53,743 nt of DNA from Thermoplasmata archaeon (GCA_020348445.1 CP070751.1:2860309-2914051), one strand, 5' to 3'. Counted from the stretch's first letter, positions 9,105-19,665 are shown. A program made the numbers and translations. Notes: generated by a model not told the origin, from the letters alone.

Positions 9105-12100
9105 TCAAATCCCCACAAAACTGTAAATTGTTGATGCTATTGTGGAAACCTGATAACCGCAAGCCATGACCACATCAACATCAAAAGCCCCTTGGGGCAT
9201 GATGGTTTTATGCCACATCCAACGCTGCTCTTGGGTATTATAGTAATTTATTCCCCAGACATCAGGTATGGCATCACAGTACCAATCTGTAGAGTGAATA
9301 GAATCAGGTTTTAAAGGCAACCCCATTGTATCATATTGTGCGTAAACCTTTTCGGTCCATACACCCAGGCTGTACGTTCCATTAAATCCCGTATGGAGGC
9401 CTGGCTCACTCACCGCAACCACCATGTAGTAACACTGCGACATCGTGTCAAACATATCAACTGAGGCGGCATCTCTATCGATATAGCTCGTGTCATTTGG
9501 ATCATAGTAGTTGGTTTCCCACCAATAAAGGAGGCTTAGATTGTTAAATCCCTCCCTTGTTTTGGACTTGTAAATGATATAATGGTCTGCTCCAGGAACA
9601 GGATCCCAAGTTAGTATGACATCAAAACCATTTATAACACTGATTGCGAAGTTGGCGGGAGGAGGTATCTCTCCCTCCATATATCTTATATGAGCTCCAG
9701 GTCTTCCAACAAATGTGAAATTGTTGTTTGAAGGTGCGGTGTCATTTATGCATATCTCATAACCTTCTCCTAAAACCATGTCCATATCTCGGGAGCTCCC
9801 GTCATCATAATCGTGCTGCACCCACTTGTGGGAATGGCGATGCATCCACCTTATATAATTACAATTCGGGATGTTGGTTGTATACCAATTTGTGGTTTTT
9901 GTTTCAAAGGGCTCCAAGGGTAAGGAGAATGTGCTTACCCCTGGTAAAAAGAGCTTAGTCCATTTGCCTACAGTGTTGCTTGTCACGCTTTTTACACCAA
10001 TTTGGTTTACTGCTCTTATTATGTAATACTCCTGTTCCTCAGAATAGGTATCCAGTGCCGCACCTGTTATGTTCCATGTGGTCCTAAGAGGTATTATTCC
10101 CTCATCACCATGTCGTGAGGTGTTTATCCATACATCTGAGAAATCAAAGGCTGTCTGCGATGGAGCCTTGTAAATGAGGTAGTGATGAAGGCCCTTCTCC
10201 TTTGGAGGCTCCCAATAAAGTTGAACATCATTTCCAATTACCTTGTTAAAGAGTTTAGGCGGTGAAGGCGCGCCTGGTTTGACGTATACCCACACTTCTG
10301 GAAAGGGTTCTGTAACGTTTATTCCACTCCATTTGGTGTATCCCACCCAGGAGCCATCCACATAATTGGTTAATTGATAACCCGGTTCATTTGAAACCAC
10401 ATTGAAACTATAGGTGTAAGTATCTCCAACAAGCACCCTATCTAGATTCCATTTAAAAGTCGTGAATCCCGATGCATTAGATGTGATATTATCTGGGTAA
10501 ACATTGAAGGATGAGGGAACATAATCAATATAATCAGGCAACACGTCCTTTACCAGGGATACATCAATTGCATAGTGGGTGGTCTCGTATCTGATCTCAT
10601 GATATACCCCCTTTAAGTAGCCAATGTTTCTTGGGGCGGTTCCAGGAGGTCCAGCTCGATAATACTTACCACCTGATATCTCGGCGATCTCCTGAAGAAG
10701 AGTTTCATTGGGCTCTTGGCCAAAGGCGATGGGATATACCTTTATTCCATTATCCTTGGCGCGGTATGCTTCATCGTAAGCAACACCAACATCAATTTCC
10801 GGCACCTCACCATCTGACAAAAGGATTATTACCCAGGTGTGATCTGGATCACCATTGCCAATCAGCTCATCTATTGCCATCTGCAAAGCTTTTCCAATAT
10901 ATGTTTGACCATCACTACCTGGTGATTCACTATTGTCTATGGAATCCAGGTCTTTTTTAATTTGAATATAATCTGAGCTAAGGGAGTTCACCAATTTTGC
11001 AGTCCAATCAAAATCAACAACAGCACCACGGTCAGGTATCTCCATTTCATCGACATAGCCCTTTGCTGCATCTATTCGGTATCTGTTAACATCATTCCAG
11101 TCCATGCTGCCTGAGCTATCCATACAGAATACTACGTCCTGATAAAAAATCTTAGTAGGAGGAATACCCGCACCTTTAATCTCAAGAGTTAGAGTTGTCT
11201 CTTGAGGAAGCAAGCTTGTCCCATTCAACCAAACCTCCTCTGGATTTGCCCATTTATCAACCTCGATATGCGGGTGGGTATCGGTTCTGATCAGGGCCGT
11301 GTCCCAACCATTTGGATTCTTAGATGATACTGCAGTGATTATGATCTCATCAAAATCACCAGAGTTTTTAGAAGGGATCGTCACCTTTACGATGATCTTA
11401 ATCACCTGATTTGTGGAAAGTTCACCTGTGTCTATGAATCCGTCACCATCGTTATCGGCAAGCAAGGTCGCATTATCGTCTTCATATAGCTCTACAACCC
11501 ATCCATCCCCAGGGAGTGAGAGCAACAAATCAATATAATCTGCAATGTTCTGATGATTTGTTATATACAGCTCATATACAACGGTCTCACCTAAATCCCC
11601 CTTTCCAACCTGATCTGATTCTATAGAAACAACTGACATGCTCGGGATCTGGTTAAATTGCCATCCCGCAGCAATTGAGCTGGAATCGTCATAACCCATC
11701 ACCCCGTGCCTCTTCCCGTTCTTTTCCACACCAAATCCATCTGGAACCCTTGCCATGGAGGTATCTGGTATGTGAGAATTGCTCCAACCAACCTCGTCCA
11801 CCAATAGGCCGCTGTCGGTATACAAATAGATGTTATCACCGTTTATATTTACTGAGCCAAATAAACCTGAAAACATGCTCACATTTATCACATATATCGG
11901 GCTCTGAAGGTCAAGCTGTGTGCTTATGGTATTATAAGGGGCTGAAGGAGGGAGGGTGAAAACAGAATCACCAACAACCAATTTCCAACCATTGATATCC
12001 ATACCAGGATCATTACCAGGATAACCAACATACCTCAGCTCAATAAAAGGCTCTTGTAATCCCGGATTGAAAAGAACCTCGTTTAGGACAACATATTGGA

Positions 12101-14537
12101 AATCAACTTCGCCTGGGCCGTCGTTCTCTGAGCCTACGGTTGGAGTGATATCCCTAGCCCATTCATCTTTGTAATTGTTGTTATCCCAATATCTTGCCAC
12201 GCTCTCCCCTGGGATTGGGTCAGGTACTGTACCTTTCTGGCCATATGATACCTCGTTATTTATCAGCATTTCTGGGATGGAAGTATTGACGATACAGATT
12301 GTTTCTCCTTGATCATCAAGATCTCCTCCAACTGTAATCTCATAATAGGCGTATCCTCCGCGTGAAATCGAGGGGGTGCTCCAGGTCCCAGAGGAAAGCC
12401 ATGAACCACCCCTGTCCAATGTGATACCATAATCATTAATATCTGCAGTAACTCGACCTTCATTATATACCTCCATGTACTCGATACCTCCACTGTCCAC
12501 TATTTCAGTGATGATCAATTCGGGCATGGCAGATGAGGCCCACACAGAAACATCATCCAAATACCAACCACGCCATGTGTCAGGCTCAAATTTCCCGCCT
12601 TTGATATCCTCAAGAAGTTGCCAGCCAAACCTAACATAAGGCTCATCTGCGACAAAGGACGTCATATCAAGCTCTTCGTAAACCCAGTTGCCTGTCTCCC
12701 CTTTGAATTTTATTCCAGTTGGATAGATAGTTGTAATCGGATCTGAATCAAATGTGTACACAACCTCCCCCCAATCACCGTCTGGTGTGGGTTGGATTTG
12801 CCACCAATGGTGAAATGACAATGTAATACCGTCACATCCTGTAAAATCAAAAGCAGATGCTTCGGGAGTGAACAAGTAGCAATTTGTACCCTCCTCATAA
12901 TAATGACCTTTCCCTGGCGTGTCTGTAGCCCAGCAATAATCTGGCGAGGGCATAGAGAAATAGGGAGGTACGGACCCGTATCTCGATATTTTATGGCGTA
13001 CCCATCGAGTTGTTGATCCACTGAATAGTGAGCTGTTCCAAAGTCCGTTTGCCGTATCTCCCCCATCCTCCATATCATCACTCCAGTGCATCTTCCAATC
13101 CCGGGGATGTATGCTTACTGTCGATACATTATTATAAATAAATTGATCGATGTCTAATAAAGTTGTGACCGTAAATAAATACTCACATGCTACAGTTGGA
13201 GTAAAACTCCATTGTAACTCGATTTTTCCATCATGCCACTTATTGCCAATCCAACCCTCGGGTTCCAAATCCGATATAAATTGTAAGGAACTTCCATTGA
13301 TGAATGGTGGTATAATCAAATTGGTGGTAAGTACACCTTCAACCCAAAAGCTTACCTTCCAGTCACCGTAGTTCTTAATGGTTACATTGATAAATACGGT
13401 TTCGTTGATATTGATTACCTCAGGTACATCAATTATCTCCACGCCCACATCAGGAAAGGGTGTTTTTGTGATCAATTCAGCAGTATTATTCTTTGTTGGG
13501 TCAACAAATGATACAACATGGACTATAGTTAGATCTGATACATCCCAGTCAGTGACATAACTTGGTATGGTCACATTCACGATTATCTTCCTTTGCTGCC
13601 CTGCCCAAAGAAAAACGTCGGGTAAGCCCGGTATGCCTCCATTATCCTGCAGGGGTAAGTAGGTAGATGCATCCAAAATTCGCACCTGCCAGTTGTTTGT
13701 ATCTGTATAGTAAATATCTATTGTATCGCTGACGTTGTTCCAATTTCTGATTGTGAGGGCATGAGATACTGTTTCACCACCAAGCCCCACGCCGGTTTGG
13801 TCGGGGCCAATTGTAGGGCCATCGTAGCGTAAGATATCCACTGAGACGTCATCGATGTACCATCCCCTGGAATCGCTTACATACCTATCATGGTAATCAG
13901 GTGAACCAAAAGGTATACCAAAACCGGCAGTACCGATAAAATAGAATTCTATGGAAAACCACATTCCTATATAATCTGCTAAATCAAAAGTTACCTTTTG
14001 CCAGTTAGATAATGTCCCATTGTAAGCCGGTCTTAGGCCATATCTATGGGCATAGACACCATCGTCATATGTCCCTGCAGATCCTGGGTAACCCCCCTCT
14101 GGCTCCACCCTATGCCATAGATCATTGACTTTTATCGAAAACCAACCGCCATCTATTTCACCAGGGAAACTGTAAGCAGAGAAGTTATACCAATGCCAAA
14201 ACGTCAATGTTGCACTTACTATGGGTATGGAATCTGATAAAAGGATTCGTGGTGACTTTACCCATGTTTCTATGCGATAGGTGTAGTTCCCCGACAGATT
14301 TGTACCCAAACAGTTGCTTCCTGAGTATGGTATGGGGGGCGCTTGGGGGGTTCCTACCTCCCATCCAATGGTCTCTTCAGACCATGGATCACCAAAAGTA
14401 GTGGTCTGCCATAATCCCGGGTTCTCAAAATCCTCAAAAAATACGTTCTCAGCAATAAGGCCACTTGCATTTGGGAGGATATCAGGAACTAGCAACGGAA
14501 GAAGGGATAAAGTTCCATTTAGGATCAGTACAACCAT
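9105..14537 (-). CDS. Large secreted vWA-domain surface protein (paralog); true start may be ~14603
   Basis: Two beta-sandwich (immune-inhibitor-A/M6-like) segments (GWYIDDV, GWYLDDV), LTDs (LIITEI, VVLNEVLFNP), MIDAS MDSSGSM, IILLSDG, same C-terminal module. Confidence 0.85.
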   Translation of the reverse strand: MVVLILNGTLSLLPLLVPDILPNASGLIAENVFFEDFENPGLWQTTTFGDPWSEETIGWEVGTPQAPPIPYSGSNCLGTNLSGNYTYRIETWVKSPRILLSDSIPIVSATLTFWHWYNFSAYSFPGEIDGGWFSIKVNDLWHRVEPEGGYPGSAGTYDDGVYAHRYGLRPAYNGTLSNWQKVTFDLADYIGMWFSIEFYFIGTAGFGIPFGSPDYHDRYVSDSRGWYIDDVSVDILRYDGPTIGPDQTGVGLGGETVSHALTIRNWNNVSDTIDIYYTDTNNWQVRILDASTYLPLQDNGGIPGLPDVFLWAGQQRKIIVNVTIPSYVTDWDVSDLTIVHVVSFVDPTKNNTAELITKTPFPDVGVEIIDVPEVININETVFINVTIKNYGDWKVSFWVEGVLTTNLIIPPFINGSSLQFISDLEPEGWIGNKWHDGKIELQWSFTPTVACEYLFTVTTLLDIDQFIYNNVSTVSIHPRDWKMHWSDDMEDGGDTANGLWNSSLFSGSTTRWVRHKISRYGSVPPYFSMPSPDYCWATDTPGKGHYYEEGTNCYLFTPEASAFDFTGCDGITLSFHHWWQIQPTPDGDWGEVVYTFDSDPITTIYPTGIKFKGETGNWVYEELDMTSFVADEPYVRFGWQLLEDIKGGKFEPDTWRGWYLDDVSVWASSAMPELIITEIVDSGGIEYMEVYNEGRVTADINDYGITLDRGGSWLSSGTWSTPSISRGGYAYYEITVGGDLDDQGETICIVNTSIPEMLINNEVSYGQKGTVPDPIPGESVARYWDNNNYKDEWARDITPTVGSENDGPGEVDFQYVVLNEVLFNPGLQEPFIELRYVGYPGNDPGMDINGWKLVVGDSVFTLPPSAPYNTISTQLDLQSPIYVINVSMFSGLFGSVNINGDNIYLYTDSGLLVDEVGWSNSHIPDTSMARVPDGFGVEKNGKRHGVMGYDDSSSIAAGWQFNQIPSMSVVSIESDQVGKGDLGETVVYELYITNHQNIADYIDLLLSLPGDGWVVELYEDDNATLLADNDGDGFIDTGELSTNQVIKIIVKVTIPSKNSGDFDEIIITAVSSKNPNGWDTALIRTDTHPHIEVDKWANPEEVWLNGTSLLPQETTLTLEIKGAGIPPTKIFYQDVVFCMDSSGSMDWNDVNRYRIDAAKGYVDEMEIPDRGAVVDFDWTAKLVNSLSSDYIQIKKDLDSIDNSESPGSDGQTYIGKALQMAIDELIGNGDPDHTWVIILLSDGEVPEIDVGVAYDEAYRAKDNGIKVYPIAFGQEPNETLLQEIAEISGGKYYRAGPPGTAPRNIGYLKGVYHEIRYETTHYAIDVSLVKDVLPDYIDYVPSSFNVYPDNITSNASGFTTFKWNLDRVLVGDTYTYSFNVVSNEPGYQLTNYVDGSWVGYTKWSGINVTEPFPEVWVYVKPGAPSPPKLFNKVIGNDVQLYWEPPKEKGLHHYLIYKAPSQTAFDFSDVWINTSRHGDEGIIPLRTTWNITGAALDTYSEEQEYYIIRAVNQIGVKSVTSNTVGKWTKLFLPGVSTFSLPLEPFETKTTNWYTTNIPNCNYIRWMHRHSHKWVQHDYDDGSSRDMDMVLGEGYEICINDTAPSNNNFTFVGRPGAHIRYMEGEIPPPANFAISVINGFDVILTWDPVPGADHYIIYKSKTREGFNNLSLLYWWETNYYDPNDTSYIDRDAASVDMFDTMSQCYYMVVAVSEPGLHTGFNGTYSLGVWTEKVYAQYDTMGLPLKPDSIHSTDWYCDAIPDVWGINYYNTQEQRWMWHKTIMPQGAFDVDVVMACGYQVSTIASTIYSFVGI

Positions 14538-15002
14538 GATAACAATAGAAAAAATTCGTTTGGGTAGTTTTCTTGTTGGCCTAGGTTTTTTATTTCTCGT
14601 TACTTTCCCTCCTATTCATTCCCGTAGATGAATGCCAGGCGAGTGTATGCGAAACAGCAAATCCTTTTTTTAGGTTCTCGGATGTCTTGTGTGGAATTTC
14701 TCCAAAGGACCTGCGTAGTCAGCGTCTGTTCTCAAAGAGTTGTGGACATGATATGGGTAGTTGATAAAGTCAATATTAAGTCCACCTTTCTCAAATTATT
14801 GCTGTTCATTTTATTATAATAATTATTTTAATACGTATAAAAGAAGATTGGAGCAGTTTTTTGCCCATTTCAATGATTAAACCATGATTCTCGCCAAGTA
14901 TGCAAATGAGTGGCGCGCAGAAATCGTGCAAAGCCTACCTATTTTATCGAATTTTTGCCATCAATTATAATTATCCTGAATCAGATGCAGGGGTGTGATG
15001 TC

Positions 15003-16097
15003 ATGAATTTCCAAACAGTGGATTACATTGACTGGTTCAGGATCAATTGGCATGATATAGATTATGACCTGGCAACAAGTGGATTGCACCCTGTAAGTTT
15101 AAGTGATGTGAACATTCATCTTGATGATTTGAACCTGGGGAAAACCCTTTTCTTCGGCCATCCAAAACTTGTGGAGATGATATCTGAAATTTATGGTGTT
15201 GAAGAAAACGAGATTCTAATAACCTCAGGCTCCACACATGCCAACTATCTTATGTGTGCCCTTCTAATTGAACAAGGTGATGAGGTAATAATCGAGCGCC
15301 CTGTTTACACTCCACTTTTAGATGTTGTGAAATTCTTTGGGGCCAAAGTAAAATATTTAGAAAGAAAATACGAGGAAGGATATAATTTGAATTTGGAGCA
15401 ATTAAAGGAGATGACAGGCAAGGACACGAGGATGATGGTTTTCACGAATCTCCACAATCCTTCTGGTGCCATGACTAATGAAAAGACTCTCAAAGCCATT
15501 AGCGAAATTGCAGACGACAATAATATCTATGTTCTCTCGGATGAGGTTTACAGGGATTTCATTTTCGAGAATGCACCTCCAATCTTTTCATCACTCACCC
15601 AACTTGGAATTTCCACGTGCAGCGTCTCAAAATTCTATGGTGCTGGAGCCCTGCGTGTGGGATGGGCAATGTGCAGGGAAGAGCTTGTGGACAAAGCAAG
15701 GAAGCTCAACGACTATATCCTAGCTGCAAATTCCTGCGGAGGTGAGGAAATAGCGGCTTTGATTATGGAAAATAGGAGCTGGTTCGTTGAAAAGATCATG
15801 AATATAACGAAGAGAAACCGCCCCCTGGTAAAAAGCTGGATTGAAAAAAGAGAGGATCTTGAGGGGATTGTTCCAAGACACGGTTTTATATGTTTTCCGA
15901 GGTTGCTTTTGGATATCGATTCCATGGAGCTTACAGAGCTATTACTTAAAAAATATAGAACCATGATTTCACCGGCTCGTTTCTTTGATTGTGAAAAACA
16001 CATCAGAATTGGATATGGAGGGGATGAAATGATCCTTGAAAAAGGACTTGAATACTTGGGCTTTGCCTTGGATGAATTGGGAGGATCAGAAAAATAA
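15003..16097 (+). CDS. PLP-dependent aminotransferase class I/II
   Basis: TNLHNPSG, SDEVY, SVSKFYGAGALRVGW; ATG at 15003 follows an SD-like GGGGTG (ORF track starts at 14910). Confidence 0.9.
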   Translation: MNFQTVDYIDWFRINWHDIDYDLATSGLHPVSLSDVNIHLDDLNLGKTLFFGHPKLVEMISEIYGVEENEILITSGSTHANYLMCALLIEQGDEVIIERPVYTPLLDVVKFFGAKVKYLERKYEEGYNLNLEQLKEMTGKDTRMMVFTNLHNPSGAMTNEKTLKAISEIADDNNIYVLSDEVYRDFIFENAPPIFSSLTQLGISTCSVSKFYGAGALRVGWAMCREELVDKARKLNDYILAANSCGGEEIAALIMENRSWFVEKIMNITKRNRPLVKSWIEKREDLEGIVPRHGFICFPRLLLDIDSMELTELLLKKYRTMISPARFFDCEKHIRIGYGGDEMILEKGLEYLGFALDELGGSEK

Positions 16098-16124
16098 TGA
16101 TAGATTAAATCAAGGGGAAATAAA

Positions 16125-16994
16125 ATGGACCTCGAATACAGACCCTTATACCCCAAACATGTACTGGACTCTACAAAAAATTCACTTTTTAAATGTAGTT
16201 ATATTGTTTCCCCCTACATAGGCTGTGAATACAATTGTGTCTATTGCACTGGATGTATCTTCAGGGAAGAGCCAAAGGAATTTAAGAAGACGATACAAAT
16301 CAAAGTAAATGCCCCTGCGCTTATTAGAAAGGAGTTGAAAAGCGCAAAAAAGAATTTGGTTTGTTTAAAAGGATATCAACCAGTGGAGAAGGAATATAGA
16401 CTTACAAGAAAGATATTAGAAGCACTCTTTTATCGAAAATTTCCTGTCCACATAGTGACTAAATCGGATATGATAACAAAAGATATTGATATATTGGAAA
16501 AAATGTCAGAAGAGGGATTTTGTACAGTCACATTTATCCTTAATACCCTCGATAAAGACATCCTGAAAATCTTTGAACCTCATGCTCCTTCTCCTAAGAA
16601 GCGCATGAAGGCTCTGGAAAGCATAACCAGCGCTGGGATCACCGCTGGAATCGCACTTTCACCCATTGTACCTTATATTACAGACTCGAAAGAGCAATTG
16701 GAGGAAATTATCAAAAGAGCAGCAGAATCCAAGGCAAGTTATGTGATGCCATTGGTATTAACACTGGATGATTCCATCAGGCCGCAGGTAATTGATGTCA
16801 TTAAAAGGAATTTTCCAACGCAATTGGTTAAATATAGAAAGCTCTACGAATTTGGATCGTCTGCAGATGTAAAATATTCCAGGCAACTGAAGAGCAGATT
16901 GAGGTTTTTACTGGATAAATATTCCTTAAATGAGGAAATGCCCGTTTACGATGCCCAAAGGAGGACGAAGCAGATTAATATAGAAGAATTTTAA
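16125..16994 (+). CDS. Radical SAM protein, SPL-like family
   Basis: SPYIGCEYNCVYC (CxxxCxxC), IQIKVNAP, IVTKS, FEPHAPSPKKR. Confidence 0.85.
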   Translation: MDLEYRPLYPKHVLDSTKNSLFKCSYIVSPYIGCEYNCVYCTGCIFREEPKEFKKTIQIKVNAPALIRKELKSAKKNLVCLKGYQPVEKEYRLTRKILEALFYRKFPVHIVTKSDMITKDIDILEKMSEEGFCTVTFILNTLDKDILKIFEPHAPSPKKRMKALESITSAGITAGIALSPIVPYITDSKEQLEEIIKRAAESKASYVMPLVLTLDDSIRPQVIDVIKRNFPTQLVKYRKLYEFGSSADVKYSRQLKSRLRFLLDKYSLNEEMPVYDAQRRTKQINIEEF

Positions 16995-17109
16995 AAACAG
17001 GTTTTTTATCCACATTTTAATGGACTCTTAGCCAGATTTTCATTTATTTATAACTTAAGAGAAAAACCTATATATATAAGGACGCATGTAAACTACTGAG
17101 GGAATTTCT

Positions 17110-17307
17110 ATGGCAGAGGCAACGGACGTTGATTTAGGTCTTTACAGGGAAACCCTTGAAAAGATCACTGCCCTTTGCAAGGGCTTCTTGCTTGTTGCTG
17201 ATCAATCCATAGAAAAGGCATGCAGTTTTTGCAGGGGGATTTTAATTCTGCTTCAACAGTTGCTAAGGACTATGCCCCAGGTGATACCAGCCCAAAATCC
17301 CTCCTGA
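17110..17307 (+). CDS. Possible small hypothetical protein
   Basis: 65-aa ORF preceded by TATATATA and GAGGGA; no family recognised. Confidence 0.25.
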   Translation: MAEATDVDLGLYRETLEKITALCKGFLLVADQSIEKACSFCRGILILLQQLLRTMPQVIPAQNPS

Positions 17308-17347
17308 ACCGTTATTTTCTGCTAAAATACAACTTTATCACAAATCG

Positions 17348-19276
17348 TTAACTACATATCTCATTTATTTTTTTCTTTAAGGCGAGATTCACCTTCTTGC
17401 CATCAACACGGCCCTTAAGCTCCTTCATCAATATACCCATTAAGGGACCAATAGAAGCCATTCCCTTTTCTTTTATATAATCTGCCCTTTCGTTTACAAG
17501 GGACTCAATTATCTTGTTCATCTCATCCTCGTCAATGCCTCCAAGACCTAGATCTGATTGCGCCTGAGCTATGGACACTTTCTTTTCAACAACATATTTT
17601 AATACATCGTAAATTCCTTCCTTAGCAAATTTTCCTTGGGCAACGCAAGTGATTACCTCATCTATGATTTCCTTTTTTATCTGGGTTGTATCAACACCCT
17701 CGGATTCAAGTTCTGGTATTATGTTAAGTAGGATCTTTGCTATGATGTTCTGCATTTTTTTGGATTCTTGCTTTTTCAACAGTTCCTCGAAAATTAAATC
17801 GCATTCTGCAGAAATAAGCTGTCTTGCCTGCTGTGGATTTACTCTATAGGATTTGATAAACCTCTGTTCTCTTTCCTCTGGTAATTCGGGCAGATTGGCC
17901 TGAATTTTTGTTATCTTATCCTCATCTAACCTGATGGGTGGAACATCTGTCTCTGGATACATTCTTGCCTCTCCAGCCAATGGTCTGCTGTACTTTGATG
18001 TGCCGTCCAAAAGAGGATCCCTTGTCTCTTCTGGTACACCTAAGAAGGCCTGCTTGGTTCTCGAGATAACGATGGCCGCTGCCTCTGATACCAAGTCCTC
18101 CTTTTCGGCAATTAGAATAAATGCATCTGTTTTTTCAACTCCCAGGCTCTCATTTACTTTCTCCATTTCCTCATTGGTGATTCCATATCCAGGTAATTCC
18201 TCAGAGTGAAATAGACCTCCTATTCCCAAAGGGCCGAGATATGCGGCGAGCTCAGGTCCCAAAACCCCTCTTCTATTTGTTTCCAATCTTTGTGAGAGCC
18301 CATCTCCCATAAGACCTGAAAATCCCTTCATTTTGATCCCAATTACGATTCCACCTTCCTTGATCATATCGAGCAAGACCTTGCACTCAGTTGTTTTAAA
18401 AATATCTGTAAGGTCCTTTATTTCAGTAAAATCAGTATCGCTTACTTTCCTTTTTCTTAACTCATTTTTTACCTCTACCAATCTCATCTGTCTCTCTAAT
18501 TCCTCCTGGACATAGATGGAAATCATATTAAGTTCCTGAACGCCTTTTATCTCAACCCTGGCTCCTTCTGAGATGGAGATGTTAAGATCCTCTCTCACAG
18601 TGCCGATACCTCTTTTTACCTTCTTTGTAGCCCGAAGCAGGCTGCCGATTCTTTCTGCAACTGCTTTGGCCTGCTTGGGAGTTCTAATATCAGGTTCGGT
18701 AGCAATCTCGATGAGGGGGATTCCGAGCCTGTCAAGGCGGTATGTGATCTCAGCGCCCTCTTTTGCAATCCGTCTTGCAGCATCCTCTTCAAGACATATG
18801 GTTGTGATACCGATCTTGTTCAGGCCATCAATTTCCATGGGGCCCATATTCATATTCCCGTTCATTGCAACCAAGGCTGTCCTTTGAAAACCAGAGGTGT
18901 TTGAGCCGTCGATTACTATCTTTCTCATAAATTGTACCTCGTCAACAAAATTCGCCTTCACCATGGCTGCAAATTCCAATACTGTGTCGAGAGCCTCAGA
19001 ATTGACCTCATGTGGCGGCTCCTCATCTGCCTCGACTAGGCAGACTGTAGGTGGAGCCTGATATTTAAATCTCAATTTTCTTTTTTCCTCTGATTTCGCG
19101 GCCCTGTCAACCTCTCCCATCTCGCTTTGTGTGGGTTTAAGCAACCTCGTAAATTCCCGTGCATCTGAATCAGTGAGTTCTGAGGGACAGTTGCAGAAGA
19201 GTTTATGGGTATCCAGCTGCTGATGTATTTCAAGGCCAACCTTAAGACCAAGGGATTTGTAATTCATTAGAATCAC
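17348..19276 (-). CDS. gatE: Glu-tRNA(Gln) amidotransferase subunit E
   Basis: GLKVGLEIHQQL..HKLFC, IDGSNTSGFQRT, LDRLGIPLIEIAT, RMYPETD. Confidence 0.97.
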   Translation of the reverse strand: MILMNYKSLGLKVGLEIHQQLDTHKLFCNCPSELTDSDAREFTRLLKPTQSEMGEVDRAAKSEEKRKLRFKYQAPPTVCLVEADEEPPHEVNSEALDTVLEFAAMVKANFVDEVQFMRKIVIDGSNTSGFQRTALVAMNGNMNMGPMEIDGLNKIGITTICLEEDAARRIAKEGAEITYRLDRLGIPLIEIATEPDIRTPKQAKAVAERIGSLLRATKKVKRGIGTVREDLNISISEGARVEIKGVQELNMISIYVQEELERQMRLVEVKNELRKRKVSDTDFTEIKDLTDIFKTTECKVLLDMIKEGGIVIGIKMKGFSGLMGDGLSQRLETNRRGVLGPELAAYLGPLGIGGLFHSEELPGYGITNEEMEKVNESLGVEKTDAFILIAEKEDLVSEAAAIVISRTKQAFLGVPEETRDPLLDGTSKYSRPLAGEARMYPETDVPPIRLDEDKITKIQANLPELPEEREQRFIKSYRVNPQQARQLISAECDLIFEELLKKQESKKMQNIIAKILLNIIPELESEGVDTTQIKKEIIDEVITCVAQGKFAKEGIYDVLKYVVEKKVSIAQAQSDLGLGGIDEDEMNKIIESLVNERADYIKEKGMASIGPLMGILMKELKGRVDGKKVNLALKKKINEICS

Positions 19277-19416
19277 TCTGCTGCTGATTGTGTTTTTAGG
19301 TTATTATTCTTACGAATTATGGCTCAAATCCGGTATTTCCCCTCCATTTCCCCTCCTTAAAACATAAAAAAGATTAATACACTAAAATGTATAACATATC
19401 CAAATCCATGAGTTAT

Positions 19417-19540
19417 GCGGCTGTGATCTAGTCTGGTTAGGATCGAAGCTTCCCAAGCTTCTTGCTCGGGTTCGAATGCCCGTGGCGGGGAAACCCACCA
19501 CTTCATTTCCTCGCAGGGCTCGGAAATCCCGGCAGCCGCA
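19417..19540 (+). tRNA. tRNA-Gly(CCC) with 50-nt intron at 59/60 (19477-19526)
   Basis: Acceptor GCGGCTG/CAGCCGC + A73, anticodon arm GAAGC-TTCCCAA-GCTTC; T arm TCGGG-TTCGAAT-CCCGG restored on removing 19477-19526; BHB at the junctions. Confidence 0.9.
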
Positions 19541-19620
19541 TTTCTTTAATTTTTACTTGTTATAATCGAAAAGCGCCTACCTCGTGTTCGAGTTATAATT
19601 GTAAATCAATTGTGTCTTAA

Positions 19621-19650
19621 GCTCGCACACCCGCAGCCGCATTCCTTTAA
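19621..19650 (+). repeat. Degenerate direct copy of the tRNA-Gly intron end + 3' exon + trailer
   Basis: GCTCGCACACCCGCAGCCGCATTCCTTTAA vs GCTCGGAAATCCCGGCAGCCGCATTTCTTTAA (19518-19549). Confidence 0.6.
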
Positions 19651-19665
19651 ATAATAGTCCAAAAA

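Noticed and set aside
14820-15002. ORF-track N-terminal extension of the aminotransferase from 14910
   Set aside because: The extension is not protein-like, and an SD-preceded ATG exists at 15003.
19277-19360. gatE without adjacent gatD; 11-bp tandem ATTTCCCCTCC
   Set aside because: Unlinked gatD/gatE is not unusual, and the short tandem has no supportable function.
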